Shown here one piece after another: positions 12,570 to 26,357 of a DNA stretch of 64,000 nt (position 1 is the first letter of the stretch; each line of letters starts with the position of its first letter). Source of the DNA: Octopus vulgaris (lineage: Eukaryota); NCBI GenBank assembly GCA_951406725.2, contig OX597819.1, positions 100,626,001 to 100,690,000 on the forward strand. Reading direction: 5' to 3'. The notes beneath the pieces were generated by a model that saw only the letters and a program-made list of their open reading frames with translations, searched no databases and had not been told where the DNA came from. The position numbers and the translations under genes were made by a program.

Positions 12570-12950
12570 GAGGCGCAATGGCCCAGTGGTTAGGGCAGCG
12601 GACTCGCGGTCATAGGATCGCGGTTTCGATTCCCAGACCGGGCGTTGTGAGTGTTTATTGAGCGAAAACACCTAAAGCTCCACGAGGCTCCGGCAGGGAT
12701 GGTGGTGATCCCTGCTGTACTCTTTCACCACAACTTTCTCTCACTCTTACTTCCTGTTTCTGTTGTACCTGTATTTCAAAGGGCCGGCCTTGTCACTCTC
12801 TGTGTCACGCTGAATATCCCCGAGAACTACGTTAAGGGTACACGTGTCTGTGGAGTGCTCAGCCACTTACACGTTAATTTCACGAGCAGGCTGTTCCGTT
12901 GATTCGGATCAACCGGAACCCTCATCGTCGTAACCGACGGAGTGCTTCCA
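12570..12950 (+). mobile_element. Full-length tRNA-derived SINE (family C) with 13-bp TSD
   Basis: A box tggcccagtggtt and B box gtttcgattcc. The TSD atgatatgatttg occurs at 12557-12569 and 12951-12963. Confidence 0.92.
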
Positions 12951-13697
12951 ATGATATGATTTGAGGAATATTTGGCTACTACTTTTAGCAAATGAAGAGA
13001 CAACGAAAAAAATATTCCTCGTTAGCATAATGTTTGATAGAAGTTCAACTTCGAGAAGTCAGAATAGAAAAGACGAATCATTGTCTCGTTTATTTTCTAA
13101 TTTTATTACAAATCTAAACACGATTCCATCTAAAATACTATTTAGATGTCTGAATAGATAAACCTATGTAGAGATATAGATTTCAATGATAAGGATCAGA
13201 TTAGAAATGCATTCATCAACTGTTAATTTGCTATAACAATACAAGATAAATGGCAAAAGATAAAGAGATACGGTGTGCACATATTCTATGAGTATTTGCT
13301 AATAAGACATGCAAGAGATATACTTAGTTGAGGTTGTGTTTCTTTATTAATAAGTTTGCAAATTAGCAAGCTGTTTCAAAGTAGTAAGATAACGAAATAT
13401 TTATATATGTTAAATTGGAAAATAATACTAGAAATGATTCAAGACGTTTGTTATTTAAATTTTCTTCACTGCTATCTCGTAAAATCTCGCCTTCCATATT
13501 TGTGCTGAAATATATCGATATCGTATCCTGAATGCAAAAGAGCTAAGAATTAAGTAAGATGCATTTAATGCATCTAAAGAAGTGACGATCCTTCCCCCAT
13601 CATTGTTGTTATTACATTATTATTGTTAGAGACCGATTTTTTAAAACAGCTTTTTAAATTTTTTTTTTTTTCAGTCAGTCGTAAAACTTACCATAAT

Positions 13698-14837
13698 AGG
13701 CGGTGAGCTGACAGAAACGTTAGCACGCCGGGCGAAATGCTTAGCGGTATTTGGTCTGTGGTTACGTTGTGAGTTCAAATTCCGCCGACGTCGACTCTGC
13801 CTTTCATCCTTTCGGGGTCGATAAAATAAGTACCAGTTACGCACTTGGGTCGATATAATCGACTTAATCCGTTTATCTGTCCTTGTTTGTCCCCTCTATG
13901 TTTAGCCCCTTGTGGGTAGTAAAGAAATAGGTATTTAGTTTGTCGTTATGTTGTGGGTTCAAATTCAGCCGAGGTAGACTTTGCCTTTCTTCCTTTCGGG
14001 GTCGATTAAATAAGTACCAGTTACGCACTGGGGTCGATATAATCGACTTAATCCATTAGTCTGTCCTTATTTGTCTCCTCTGTGTTAGCCCCATTTTGGG
14101 TAGTAAATAAATAGGTATTTCGTCTTCCGCTACTTTCTGAGTTCAAATTCCGCCGAGGTCGACTTTGCCTTTCATCCTTTCGGGGTTGATTAAATAAGTA
14201 CCAGTTACGCACTTGGGTCGATATAATCGACTTAATCCGTTTGTCTGTCCTTGTTTGTCCTCTCTGTGTTTAGCCCCTTGTTGGTAGTAAAGAAATAGGC
14301 ATTTAGTCTATCGTTACGTTGTGGGTTCAAATTCCGCTGAGGTCGACTTAGCCTTTGATCCATTCGGGGTCGATTAAATAAGTACCAGTTACGCACTGGG
14401 GTCGATATAATCGACTTAATCCGTTTGTCTGTCCTTGTTTGTCCTCTCTGTGTTTAGCCCCTTGTGGGTAGTAAAGAAATAGGTATTTAGTTTGTCGTTA
14501 TGTTGTGGGTTCAAATTCCGCCGAGGTCGACTTTGCCTTTCATCCTTTCTGGGTCGATTAAATAAGTACCAGTTACGCACTGGGGGCGATGTAATCGACT
14601 TAATCCGTTTGTCTGTCCTTGTTTGTCTCCTGTGTGTTAGCCCCATTTTGGGTAGTAAATAAATAGGCATTTCGTCTGCCGCTACTTTCTGAGTTCAAAT
14701 TCCGCCGAGGTCGACTTTGCCTTTCATCCTTTCGGGGTTGATTAAATAAGTACCAGTTACGCACTTAATCGACTTAATCCATTAGTCTGTCCTTATTTGT
14801 CTCCTCTGTGTGTAGCCCCTTGTGGGCAGTAAAGAAA
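13698..14837 (+). repeat. SINE family A tandem array, 6 units with an exact 184-bp period
   Basis: ttcaaattc occurs at 13774, 13958, 14142, 14326, 14510 and 14694. Only unit 1 has the A-box head. Confidence 0.96.
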
Positions 14838-15699
14838 AGGAAACTGAAAGAAACCCGTCGTATATATATATATATAATATGTGTGAGTTTGTGTGTCTAT
14901 GTGTTTATATGTATATATGTATGGTATGTATATGTGTGCGTGCATGTATGCGTCTGTATGTATGTCTGTCTCTATGTTTAAAGTATGTCTTTGTATCTAT
15001 GTTTGTCCCCACCTCCGCTTAACAGCCGGCATTGAAATGTTTATGTCATTGTTGCATAGCGGTTCGGCAAAAGAGACCGAAAGTATATTATCAGGCTTTA
15101 AAAATAAATACTGGTCTCGATTTGCTCTACAAGAATGTTTCAACGCGGTGTCCCAGCATAGCCGCAGTCAAATGACTGAAACAAGTATAACACAAACGAT
15201 CCCTGTACTCGTGTGGAATTAAACAACTTTGTTAAATATAACAAATTATTAGCGCTAAGCATTATTTGTGTATGAGCAGAATTTAGGTTAGTTGAAATAC
15301 GTTTGAAACATATTTCAACAGCTAAAAGGCAAATATACTGCCGTTCCCGTGGTGAAAAACTCCCTCTTATGGTAAAGAGGTGTAAAAACAGCCGGTCTGT
15401 TCAGTGTCACTATCTATTAGGAATCTCAGACATCGATGTTTCAAGCTTTTTGGCTATTATCGATGAGAATTACCTAAGACAGGTAACACTAAACGGGCTT
15501 TTACACCTTTTTACCAAAAGAGAGCTTGTTTTCACCACGATGACTACAGTGTATTTGCTTTTTAGCATTGAAATATGTGACAAACACACACAGATTGTCG
15601 GCAAAACGTAAATCCGAACCAGAAGCACATTCTAAGTTATGGAGCTGTATATTATATAAATAAAGGTAGATAAAGCCGGTTTATGAGACTACACTGGGT

Positions 15700-17290
15700 T
15701 TCACGTCCATAAAGCATTTAGCTTTACTGTGTATCATCAGATCTCAAACCTGTTGGCTTATGACCTCTCTAGAAAATGGAAGGGGAAAGGACCTCGCTAC
15801 TCGCCAACAATATGGGATTGTCTCCCTTTGGCTATCGATCTTAAGTGACTCTTTTATTTTGTGGGTTCCAATAGGCCAGCAGGAATTTCCTGAAATGCAA
15901 GCCCTGTCCGAAGACCTCCGTTCTGGGTCGAGAGAGTCTTTTAGTATCTTCGCTCGTTCCGCTATGCACAGTTTACAATGCTTGGTTCCGTTTATGTAGT
16001 GGACCTGGTTTTTCTAGGATTCTCCATGATATTGTGTATGGAATCCCATCGTCCTTCAGCTGTCATACATGGCTGGCTAATAACGTAAAGTATCTCCTTT
16101 CCGGTTTCCTGAAGGAGAATCTGTGGTTATAGAGGCGTTACTTGAATGGCAGTGCTGTATCTGTTGGTGTTGGCGTTGCTGCTACCACTGTTGTCGGTAC
16201 CGGTGCTGTTGGCGTTGGTCTCATTGAAGGTGGCGATGGTGTTGGTGCTGTTGTTGTTATGGTCGTTGTCGATGATGGAGGCGCTGTCACTGTTGTTATA
16301 GATATCGTTGGCGATGACTCTGCTACTATTTCCGCTAGGGATACTTCTATTGTTATCGTTGATGCTGTTATTGTTGCTATCGCTCGCGATAGTGCAGCCG
16401 TTGGTTCTGTTCATGTCTCTGTTGCTGCTACTATCAGTACTATCAACCCTGCTACTGTAATAGCCATTCGGCATGCTATTAGGGTCAGCTAGTGCATCAA
16501 CTCCATAGATGACTTCCTTGGTTTTGCAGGGACCTCTCATTCGACACGTGTTATGGTCCCTGCGTGAGCATTCTGTCATCGCTTGTGGTCTAGCGGTGCT
16601 AAGTAGAATGCACTTAATAATGGGGGTACAACTAAAAGAGACCCTAAGGTTGTGCCTGCTGGAAATATGCCCGTACCATTGCGAACGTGTGAAAGCTTAA
16701 GGAATATCGTACATATAGCTACCTTCAGATGATTTTACGTTAAGAGAGAAGAGTGGGGGGCAAACCAAATGATATTTCATCAATGCTTCATTTTACGTCA
16801 TGTAGGATATGTGGCCCCTAAATCCGTTAGAAGCTCCAACCTCATTATAGTAGGGGGCTGCTGCATCAAAACATTCCTGGCTGGATGAAAGGGTCCATGA
16901 ACCTCTTGGTAACACCATTCACCAGGTTTTTAAACAGAGTGACAGGTTGACAAGAGGCTATGTTGATGTGCATTAGCCTCTCATTTGGCTTGCGACCGAA
17001 GCCCAGGTCGGGCGTGATGTCTAAGAAGTCCACGGCGGTGATATTAGTTTCGATGGCAATTTTCAGTACCATGGAGCTAAGAGTGCTAATTAGATCTTTC
17101 CTAAGCTTGTCTAGAGTGTGCCCGTTTGCGCTTCTAGAGATGGCCAGGTCGTCATCTCTGTAGAGATCAAAATGCATAGAGGGGAACTTTCTCCTGAGTG
17201 TGTAAAGTATATACAAGCAGATCAGGACACATACATCGGCACTATCGCTACGTCAAAGGAGCCCGTAAAGCTAAGCGCTTTATGGCCGTG
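15700..17290 (-). mobile_element. Penelope-like element remnant (RT plus GIY-YIG)
   Basis: RT motifs LYRDDDLAI and VDFLDIT. The linker/endonuclease has CRMRGPCKTKEVIY and YINGTKHCKLCIAE. A low-complexity insert lies at 16140-16490. Confidence 0.82.
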
Positions 17291-17360
17291 AAACCCAGGT
17301 GATCCCATAAACCGGCTTCATCTAACTTTATACACACACACGCACACACACACGCACACA

Positions 17361-17429
<69 letters not shown>

Positions 17430-18196
17430 GTATATACATACACATGGACATAGATCTGTAAAGATCGCCTCTGCTACCACAAGCTTTTCAGTGCAGACGT
17501 ACTTTGCGCAAGTGTCTTCCGCAATAAATTCAGTCTGTCAATGTCTTTTTGAGAGAATTTGGTAGGCAGAAACTGTTTGGAAAGCTGTCGTATGTATCTA
17601 AACAAGGAGGAAGCCGGATAAACATACGCAGGTTTAAGCATGTATTTACATGGGTTAAAAAGTGTACATTACAGAAAAACAATTACGTAAAGTCTTATCT
17701 CAAGAACTAGATTTTAGCAGCAGTCTAAACCGATCTAAACAACACATCCAATTTAAAGTGGTTGTGCTAATTCTTATTTGTTACAAACTCTGCTAATATC
17801 GCTAATAGGTAATTCATTCGTAGCCCCGCAGGCATTTTGAGATATCACCAGTTGTTTGGCCATTATTATACTTTATCAGTTCGACTGATTTTCGAGCTGG
17901 CATTCATTATGAAGCAGGCTGCCCCTAATGATTCACAACACCGGTGAAATCATGTAAAATAGTAATGCCATCCACCGGTGCAGGCGATCATTTCGTCAGC
18001 TGATACAGTCGGAGTATAATTCGTACATATCGTCAAGGTGAAATGGTATCGCTGCACGTTAGTAGAAGGTTAAGGCAATCTAAACAATCCACTTTAAGTT
18101 GGATGTGTCAGTTATTACTTACACACACACACACACACATACAAACACGATATGCATATAAGTATATGTGTGTGTGCGCGCGTGTGTGAATGTCTG

Positions 18197-18229
<33 letters not shown>

Positions 18230-18284
18230 ACACACACGCATATATATATATATATGTATGTATATGCGCGTGTGTATATGCATG

Positions 18285-18364
<80 letters not shown>

Positions 18365-18799
18365 AATGTATGTATGTGTATGTATGTATATATATGTGCG
18401 TATGTATGTATACATATGTATTTTCGCATGTGTATGTGTGTGTTGTATGTATATTTATTTTATAGGTTTTTCATGTATATTTATCTATTTATTCCCTCCA
18501 CCTAACAATAACAAACTGCCTACCTCTTCTTGACCACCAAAAAGCAATTGTCTTCTAAATTACCAAAAATCTCATCTCATATATCTGTTTCTATTCATTT
18601 ATTCTATTTATTCATTTATTTATTTTCTCACTAATTCTTCTAATTTCAAAAAACACTCTGGCCTTTTGACCACTCCCCTAAGAACAATAGCTTGTCTCCT
18701 GTTTATCTCCTAAATACCAACCTACCCAAAAAACGTCCCCCACCACCACTCCATTAAATCTGCCTAAATGCATAATTACCAGAACTTATTTTGACAGCC

Positions 18800-18850
18800 A
18801 GCTTCCTGAAGATTTCATCTGAATGAAACAGTTATAGTCCTGTAGAAGCT
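18800..18850 (+). ncRNA. Candidate type I hammerhead ribozyme
   Basis: Stem I agcttc/gaagct, core CTGAAGA, stem II ttca/tgaa, GAAA, stem III cag/ctg and cleavage triplet GTA. The pair closing stem II is a U-U mismatch. Confidence 0.65.
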
Positions 18851-19184
18851 CCTTCTATTAAATAAATTACTTTACTCTGCTATGTATTGAGTACCTTATT
18901 TACTGTGGTTAACCCCGATTCAATCCGGGACCTACATATATATATATATTCGTTCTGCAAGACTTTTGATGTGAATTCGTGTGTTGAAAAAGATATTCTT
19001 CTATTTGGGGATGGTCATGTTACCAGTTTAGCCAATGAAAACACGCAGTATATATTTGGTATTCATTTGCTTCAGCTATATTGAATATTAATCGCATTTC
19101 GGCTAGAGTTCTTTCATCACACGTTTGTGAACTCATCAGTGGTCCTTTGGCTGATCATTAGTAAGGAATGAAATTTTTTTCAGA

Positions 19185-19680
19185 GGCCACCACCTATGAA
19201 GAACTAGCTCGTAGGTTTAGGAAAGCTCTGAATTAGACCGAACTCAACATTAAGATCGTTGAAAAGCTAGGGAATTCCATCAGATCACAACTATGTAGGA
19301 CGTATCCCTTTGAGAATACCACATGCATCAATGATGACTGCATGGTATGTAGGTTAAACCCTGGCATTAACTGTAGAACTAGAAATGTAGTCTACAGCAT
19401 AATGTGCATAGAAGTTGCTTGTAAAGACATGAACATGACATACATAGGGGAGACATCGAAGAGCATTGCGGAAAGACTGATTGAACATTTGCGAAAATAT
19501 GACGACAAAAAAGAGTCTTACATATTCTACCAACATGCCAAGGACGAATATGGAGGCAACCCGATTTAATTTGACATCCGCATTTTATCCAAGCACCCAA
19601 AGGACCCAATACTCAGACCCAATACAGGAGTACATCCTCATAAATGAAATATCCTCAGTACTAAATAGGAAATATGCGTA
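19185..19680 (+). mobile_element. Penelope-like GIY-YIG endonuclease remnant with Cys-rich linker (Neptune-like)
   Basis: CINDDCMVC...NCRTRNVVYSIMC...TYIGETSKSIAERLIEH. Confidence 0.85.
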
Positions 19681-20258
19681 GTACATACCATGCCTCCATA
19701 CCCACAGTTTGGTTTAGGTACAGCTAGAATAGTTAGTGGGCTGTTATGTATATGTATGTGTGTATGTGGGTGTGTGTATATGCATATTTTACGTATACGT
19801 ATGTGTATATGTATGTAGGTAATTGGATATGAATGTAAACAGATAGACATACAGACGGATAGATACATAGGTAATATGAACAGACAAGCACATACACATA
19901 GAGAAATGAAAACTGAAACATGTGACCATATACACCACACTTCACACAAGGGCACATATGGAGACATACATCCATACAGACATACTGTACATAGTCACAA
20001 AAACCTATAAAGAGAAACACAGACATGCATACACAAGAAGAAAGAGGTACACACACACATGCAAACACACACATAAATACACACAAACACATGAATACGC
20101 AGAAAACCCACATAGAAATGTACACACATGCATATATAAATACGCGAGCACACACACACATACATGCATACACACACTTACATGCAAGCATGCATGCATA
20201 CATGCATACATACATACATACATACATACATACATACATACATACATGCATACATACA

Positions 20259-20289
<31 letters not shown>

Positions 20290-21008
20290 GTGTATGCGCA
20301 CATGCACACTGACCCACATACATGCGAACAAACAAACAAAAAGAACGCAGCTCGGATAAGGGACAGAATTAACGAATATTGAAAATGTTGCAAGATGCAA
20401 CGAAAATTGTAGGATAATAAATAAGTAAATGAGTGGAAAGTTTATCGGTGAGTGTATTAAATAATAAGGCACTAAAAGAGAATGACTCTCCCCAGACACA
20501 ACAAAATATGCTTCAACACACGAACTCACATGAAGAATCTTGCAAACCAAATCCAAAAACGTTTTATTTATTATTTGCTAAAAAATACTTTACGTGTGAT
20601 ATAAATCAGTATTGTGCTGTTTTGTCTTTTCATTTATAACATCTCTAGCTTGCATCCCTTTGAATCCTGTATGTGGCATACCATGAACCAATTCAATTCG
20701 ATACACTACTACAATTGGCAACAATCAGTATTAGGCTTAAACTTCCAGTTTGCAGCTCGAAGTGTTTCCAAACTTACTTAATATATCATTGTGTACATCT
20801 AAGTTATAATTAACTAGTTCAATTAATCTTTTCGAATTATATACATGCTTAAAGATTCCTTTTACAAGATTAATAGTAGCATGTATCAATAAATCACTTC
20901 TCACTAACTTTCTATATCTTACAACGGCCCTGAAAGTGCGGTATATCCAACCTAGTTATGCAGGTTTCTACATAACGCAGTCATAGCTGCATCCTTGAAA
21001 TGAAACTC

Positions 21009-21181
21009 AAGGGTCGACCTTGAGTGACTTCAACACAACCAAAGCTTTCTATAGGGGATTAGTGGAGGGAAGGTACGACGACGAGCTCGGGGCGAACCTG
21101 GACGTCGACGAGGAATACCTGACCCGCTTGTTCAGGACGACTTTCGGGCCAGGGCCCAAGGACAACTTCCAGAGATCCCTG
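21009..21181 (+). mobile_element. GC-rich LINE ORF2 C-terminal fragment (L1/Tx1-like)
   Basis: TKAFYRGLVEGRYDDELG...DNFQRSL resembles the region just before zf-RVT. It is truncated into (CTG)/(CTA)/(AAT)n. Confidence 0.55.
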
Positions 21182-21196
21182 CTGCTGCTGCTGCTG

Positions 21197-21275
<79 letters not shown>

Positions 21276-21759
21276 TAACAGACAAGAGGATGAGCGCGAT
21301 ACGAGTACAATAGATATTTTACTTGAACGATATTTCGACAGTTCAAAATGAAAAATGATAGAAATTCAAAATTATTGAAATTCAAATCTAAAATATGAAC
21401 GAGAACAACTAGTGTCCACACACTGATGGAATGACATCATCAGTCTTGAAGTTTCAATTTTATAGCTGGCGAAAATAAAGACTATAAAAAAGTGAAAAAA
21501 AAAACAAAACAAAGAAAAGATAAATAATAATACTTTCTACTGTAGGTACCAGGCCTTGGGGGAAGGAGAATAGTAGATTACAACGACTCCATTATTATGG
21601 TACTTATTTGATCGACTCTGAAAAGATGAAAGACAAAGTCGACCCCGGTGGAATTTGAACTCAAAACTTAGCAGCAGACGAAATAACGTTAAGCATTTAG
21701 CCTGGCATGCTTCCGACTGTGCCAGTTCACAACCTTAAACCAACTCGCCGCCTTGTATG

Positions 21760-21817
<58 letters not shown>

Positions 21818-22469
21818 AGAAGAAGAAGAAGAAGAAGAAGAAGAAGAAGAAGAAGAAGAAGAAGAAGAAGAAGAAGAAGACAAGAAATTGCAATGAGATG
21901 GACGTGAGTATGTGTTTATTCCGAATTTATTGAAAGAAATAAAGGTATATTTCAGGAAAGCCTAAGGGTACATGACATAGCTGGTGATGTCGTAATTCAT
22001 ATCTCACTGCTGTACTAATGAGGCGAGCTATGTTATTACCCTGACAATAGGGGTCTCAGTTTTATGGGGCTGTTTTCAGTGCGGGGCCACTTCCGCTAAT
22101 ACGTAAACAGATATGCCTGCCACCTGTACAAGCAAGGAAACAACAGAAACAAATATACAACCATATTTATAGAAGCGCTAACAACACTACACACACATAT
22201 ACGTACAAAAACACACGACAAAACGCAAACAACACGCACGTATACGAACACAGACAGGTGTAGGAGCTTATATAATTTACTGCGATACAATTAAAAGTAA
22301 AAAGCAAAATATTATACAGGTAGGTATAGTCTTTCTCATTATCTTCCTCGTTCTCTTTCAATCTCTCTCTCTGTCTCTCTGTCATTCTCTCTGTGCCTCT
22401 CTCAGGCACAAACACGCATACACACGAACATGTTTACGTAAATTATGTTCGTATGCTGACTCATACCCC

Positions 22470-22541
<72 letters not shown>

Positions 22542-22595
22542 CATGTATATATATGAGTACCGGTCTTTTGATCTCTGTCACTCTCTCTCTCTCTC

Positions 22596-22649
<54 letters not shown>

Positions 22650-22866
22650 AATATTACATACACGTATATGTATGTACATGCATACATATATATTTATATA
22701 AGTCCACATGTATAGGTATATACATGGTGATCGCTTATAAGCGCTAAGCATTTTATTTACAGAATTATTAATCGTCACAGCTCCACTTAACGCATATACA
22801 TACATGTATATACATGTATATATACATATATATACATGTGTGTATAATCCATACATATATACATAA

Positions 22867-23727
22867 ACGAGGTGTGTATGAAAAGTTTTGAGCCTAACCT
22901 AGAAACGGGGCTGTTAGGTAGCTGAAACAATTTCTTCTGGTAAGTACAGTCTTTTCGGAGTATTCTTACTCATTTTCATGATTGTGATATTTTAATTTTT
23001 TTGCTGCAGATTTTTGAATAAACAAGTGTCGAGTTACAAGGAAAATGGAGAAAACTGAATATCGTGCTGTCATAAAGGCATGACTCCATCAGAAATCCAT
23101 GAAGATATGTTGAGAAACTTAACAGACGATCCACTTTTACATGCAACAGTCAAACGCTGGGTAAATAAATTCCAGCGTAGCAGGGAGAATGTGGAAGATG
23201 AGCCCAGACCAGAGAGACCTCCAAATGCAAACATCGAGGACAACATTGACCTTGCACTTGGTATGACCTTATAGTACCAACAGCAAGGTCAATGCAAGAT
23301 CGTTGAATATCATGTTGTCAGATAGCTGAGAGGCTGGGTATCTCAAATGAAAGAGTGGACTACATTGTGGCAAAAGAATTTGTGTTCTCAAAGGTATCTG
23401 CAAGGTGGGTCTCTCGCTTTTTGACTCCTGAACAGAAACGTACCAGGTGCATTTTGTCCACGGGAAATCTGGAACTGTTTGAAGCCGATGGAGCGAATTT
23501 TCTTGCTCGTTTTATGACTATGGATGAAAGTTGGGTTCATCACTTCCAGCCTGAAACCAAAGAACAATCAAAGCAGTGGAAGCTCATATCTTTTTCTACC
23601 CCAAAGAAGGCCAGCGTCATTCCTTCAGCTGGCAAGGTCATGGCGTCAGTCTTTTGGGATTCTCAAGGTGTCTTGTTGATCGATTACCTTGAAAAGAGTT
23701 ACACCGTGACAGATCTGTTTTATTCTG
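22867..23727 (+). mobile_element. mariner transposon 5' portion (irritans/Himar1-like), disrupted
   Basis: Left TIR-like acgaggtgtgtatgaaaagttttgagcct. Peptides are MEKTEYRAVI, WVSRFL, FMTMDESWVHH and SAGKVMASVFWD. It ends before the second catalytic Asp. Confidence 0.92.
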
Positions 23728-24935
23728 GAACATTGAACTGTCAACATGGCGGCTTATGAGAGACGACCGGTATCGTGTGACGAAAAACAAAGCCTTGTGT
23801 GCCTTCACCAAGAGAGAAAGTCAAATTCTGTGATAGCTGCTACTTTAGGAATGTCTAGAAGTATTGTCGACGAATTGTAGCTCATTTTAAGTCATCAGGA
23901 TTGACAGATGCTAAACCCAAAACCCGTAGACCTCGTAAAAGTTCCTTAAGACAGGATCTTATTATGGTTAGAATGTCACTGAAGGATAGGTTTAAGATTG
24001 CTGCTGAGTTATCCCGTGAGTTTAGCTCCACTTCCGACGTCAACATATCACGCAAAACAGTTTCTCGAATGTTACGAGGTCCTGGGCTGCTTGCTCGAGC
24101 ACTAGCAAAGAAACCTCTGATCTTCAAGAAGAATCAAAGAGCCCTCTTCGTTTTACATACGAACACCTCGTTTGGGCAGAAGAACAGTAGTCGTAAGTTC
24201 ATTTTAGCGATGAATCGAAGTTTAATGTGATGGGTTCCGATGGCGGGATGTACATCCGACGAAGTGTCGAAAGGTTATCTCGTGCATGTGTGAAGAAGAC
24301 AGTGAAATATGGATGAAGGAGTGTAATGGTATGGGGAGTGATCTCTGCTGCTGGTTCTGCTCCACTTATTCATCTACAAGGGACTGTCAATGCTGAAATC
24401 TACAAGCAGATGCTGGGATAGCATGCCCTTCCACATCTCCGATCCTCGTCAGTTCAACCTCCTATCTTCGTGCAGGACAACGTACCCTGTCACACTGCGA
24501 AGAGAGTCAAAGACTTTTTGAGTGGTGAAGGGGTTGATCTCATGGACTGGTTAACTCAAAGTCCTAATTTCAACCGTTCGGAAGATGATTGGAGATTGGG
24601 CGCAAAGGAGAGATCTAAAGAACCAAAATGAACTCTGGGAATTATTGAAAAACGAATGGAGCAACATTTAGCAAGAAATTAATTCAGTCCTGCTGTCTGG
24701 AGGTCATTGATAATAAATGGATGTTTACAAAATATTAATAGTAAGGGTTTCTTCTTTGTTCTTCCATTTTACATTTTTTACAAAATATTTATTCCAGCCA
24801 CTTGAAATTTTCACGAAAGATAGATATTAGGGATATCTAAATATGTGTAAAATATCTAGTCTCAATGTTTTTGTAATCTATAAATATTTCAATACTCTTG
24901 TTCTTTTCGATCTTTATATTATGGCCACTACTGTA
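23728..24935 (+). mobile_element. Tc1-family transposon remnant lacking its left TIR
   Basis: ATG at 23746. Peptides FSDESKFN, VMVWGVIS, FVQDNVPCH and DWLTQSPNFN occur with frameshifts and stops. The right end tggccactactg-TA is near 24932. Confidence 0.9.
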
Positions 24936-25172
24936 TATATTATAAACTGTTTCGGTAAATCGATCTTTCTTCCTGCACCTCCCATTTAATACACTAACAC
25001 ATCGTCACATTTATCCTTAAGTACATGTACTTACACACACACACGCACAAACGCACTCACACGCGCATATATATACTTTTATATATATAAAATATAAAAA
25101 TATATAAATGTAACATATAAGGGGAACGAGTGATGCTTATTATACAAATACATATACGTATGTAAAAATCAA

Positions 25173-25218
<46 letters not shown>

Positions 25219-26131
25219 CGCGTGTGCGTGCGTGTTTATGCCTTTATGTTTGTGTGTGCACGTGTATATATGAAGAAGTATTGTGTATATTTTCATAAAC
25301 CTACTAGAAATCCAGAGACCCAGTCGTGCATAAAGATGTGTATATAAATGCCCATCTGTATGCAGGTTTGAGTGCTCATTTTCGTTAATTTGTAACTACG
25401 AGATTCTGCCTGTCAGCGAGTCTGTATATATGTGCATGTGCGAATATGTGTGTTTGTCTGTGTATGGAAAAATTCAATTCTGCTATACGCAAATGGTTTA
25501 ACTCACAAAGGCAGATGCAGTAATCTGCAGAAGCACATTACGACAAACACTTTTAAAGACAGATACAAACAGCATTTTCCTTGTCACGTAATTACATATA
25601 TGTGCACTATAACACATACACTGATAAAAAGTTTTAAAAAACTGGAGCTTGAGCTCAAACATCTGTAATAAAGATATAAGAAGACTATCCGGATGATTAC
25701 TGTTCACTATTTCTTCAAGCTGAAGCTAAAACCGAAAACAGAGAATTCCAGGAATTATCGACTCAGAACTGTTGCCAGATGTAATTCTTATGTCGCGGTC
25801 ATTTAACTTTATATTTGCAAATAATTTTCTATTTCATGGTGTACATGTGTATATCTACATATCATGTATGCTTGTGTATCAGTACATAAATAGATATTTA
25901 TATGCATTTCTTTTTGTGTTGTAAATTCACGTACACACACTCAAACACAAAGCAAGAGATACGGAAACGGATTCGCACAGTGACACACCTACAAATACAC
26001 ACAGACACAGACAGACAGACAGACAGACACACACACACACACACACATACACACACATATATATATATATATATACCTATAACTGCTTAGTGCTTTCATT
26101 TCATATATATATATACATACATATACATATA

Positions 26132-26239
<108 letters not shown>

Positions 26240-26357
26240 TGTGTATGAAATAAAAGCACTAAGCAGTTATGGGTATAAGTACAAGCTTGCTCATAGTTCA
26301 AACATCCTTGAGGCATATTCGAACCCGTAAGACAGCTATTCACTGTATTTTGTCTAC

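Noticed and set aside
12570-12645. tRNA gene (also 1216-1287, 53346-53420 and 59565-59640)
   Set aside because: These are SINE-type heads. They run into repeat bodies with no proper acceptor stem or poly-T terminator, and one has a TSD.
13698-14837. CRISPR-like regular repeat array
   Set aside because: Units are contiguous 184-bp SINE copies with no unique spacers, there are no cas genes, and the context is eukaryotic.
16142-16492. Hydrophobic V/A/G-rich ORF
   Set aside because: It is the antisense of a low-complexity insert within a PLE remnant.
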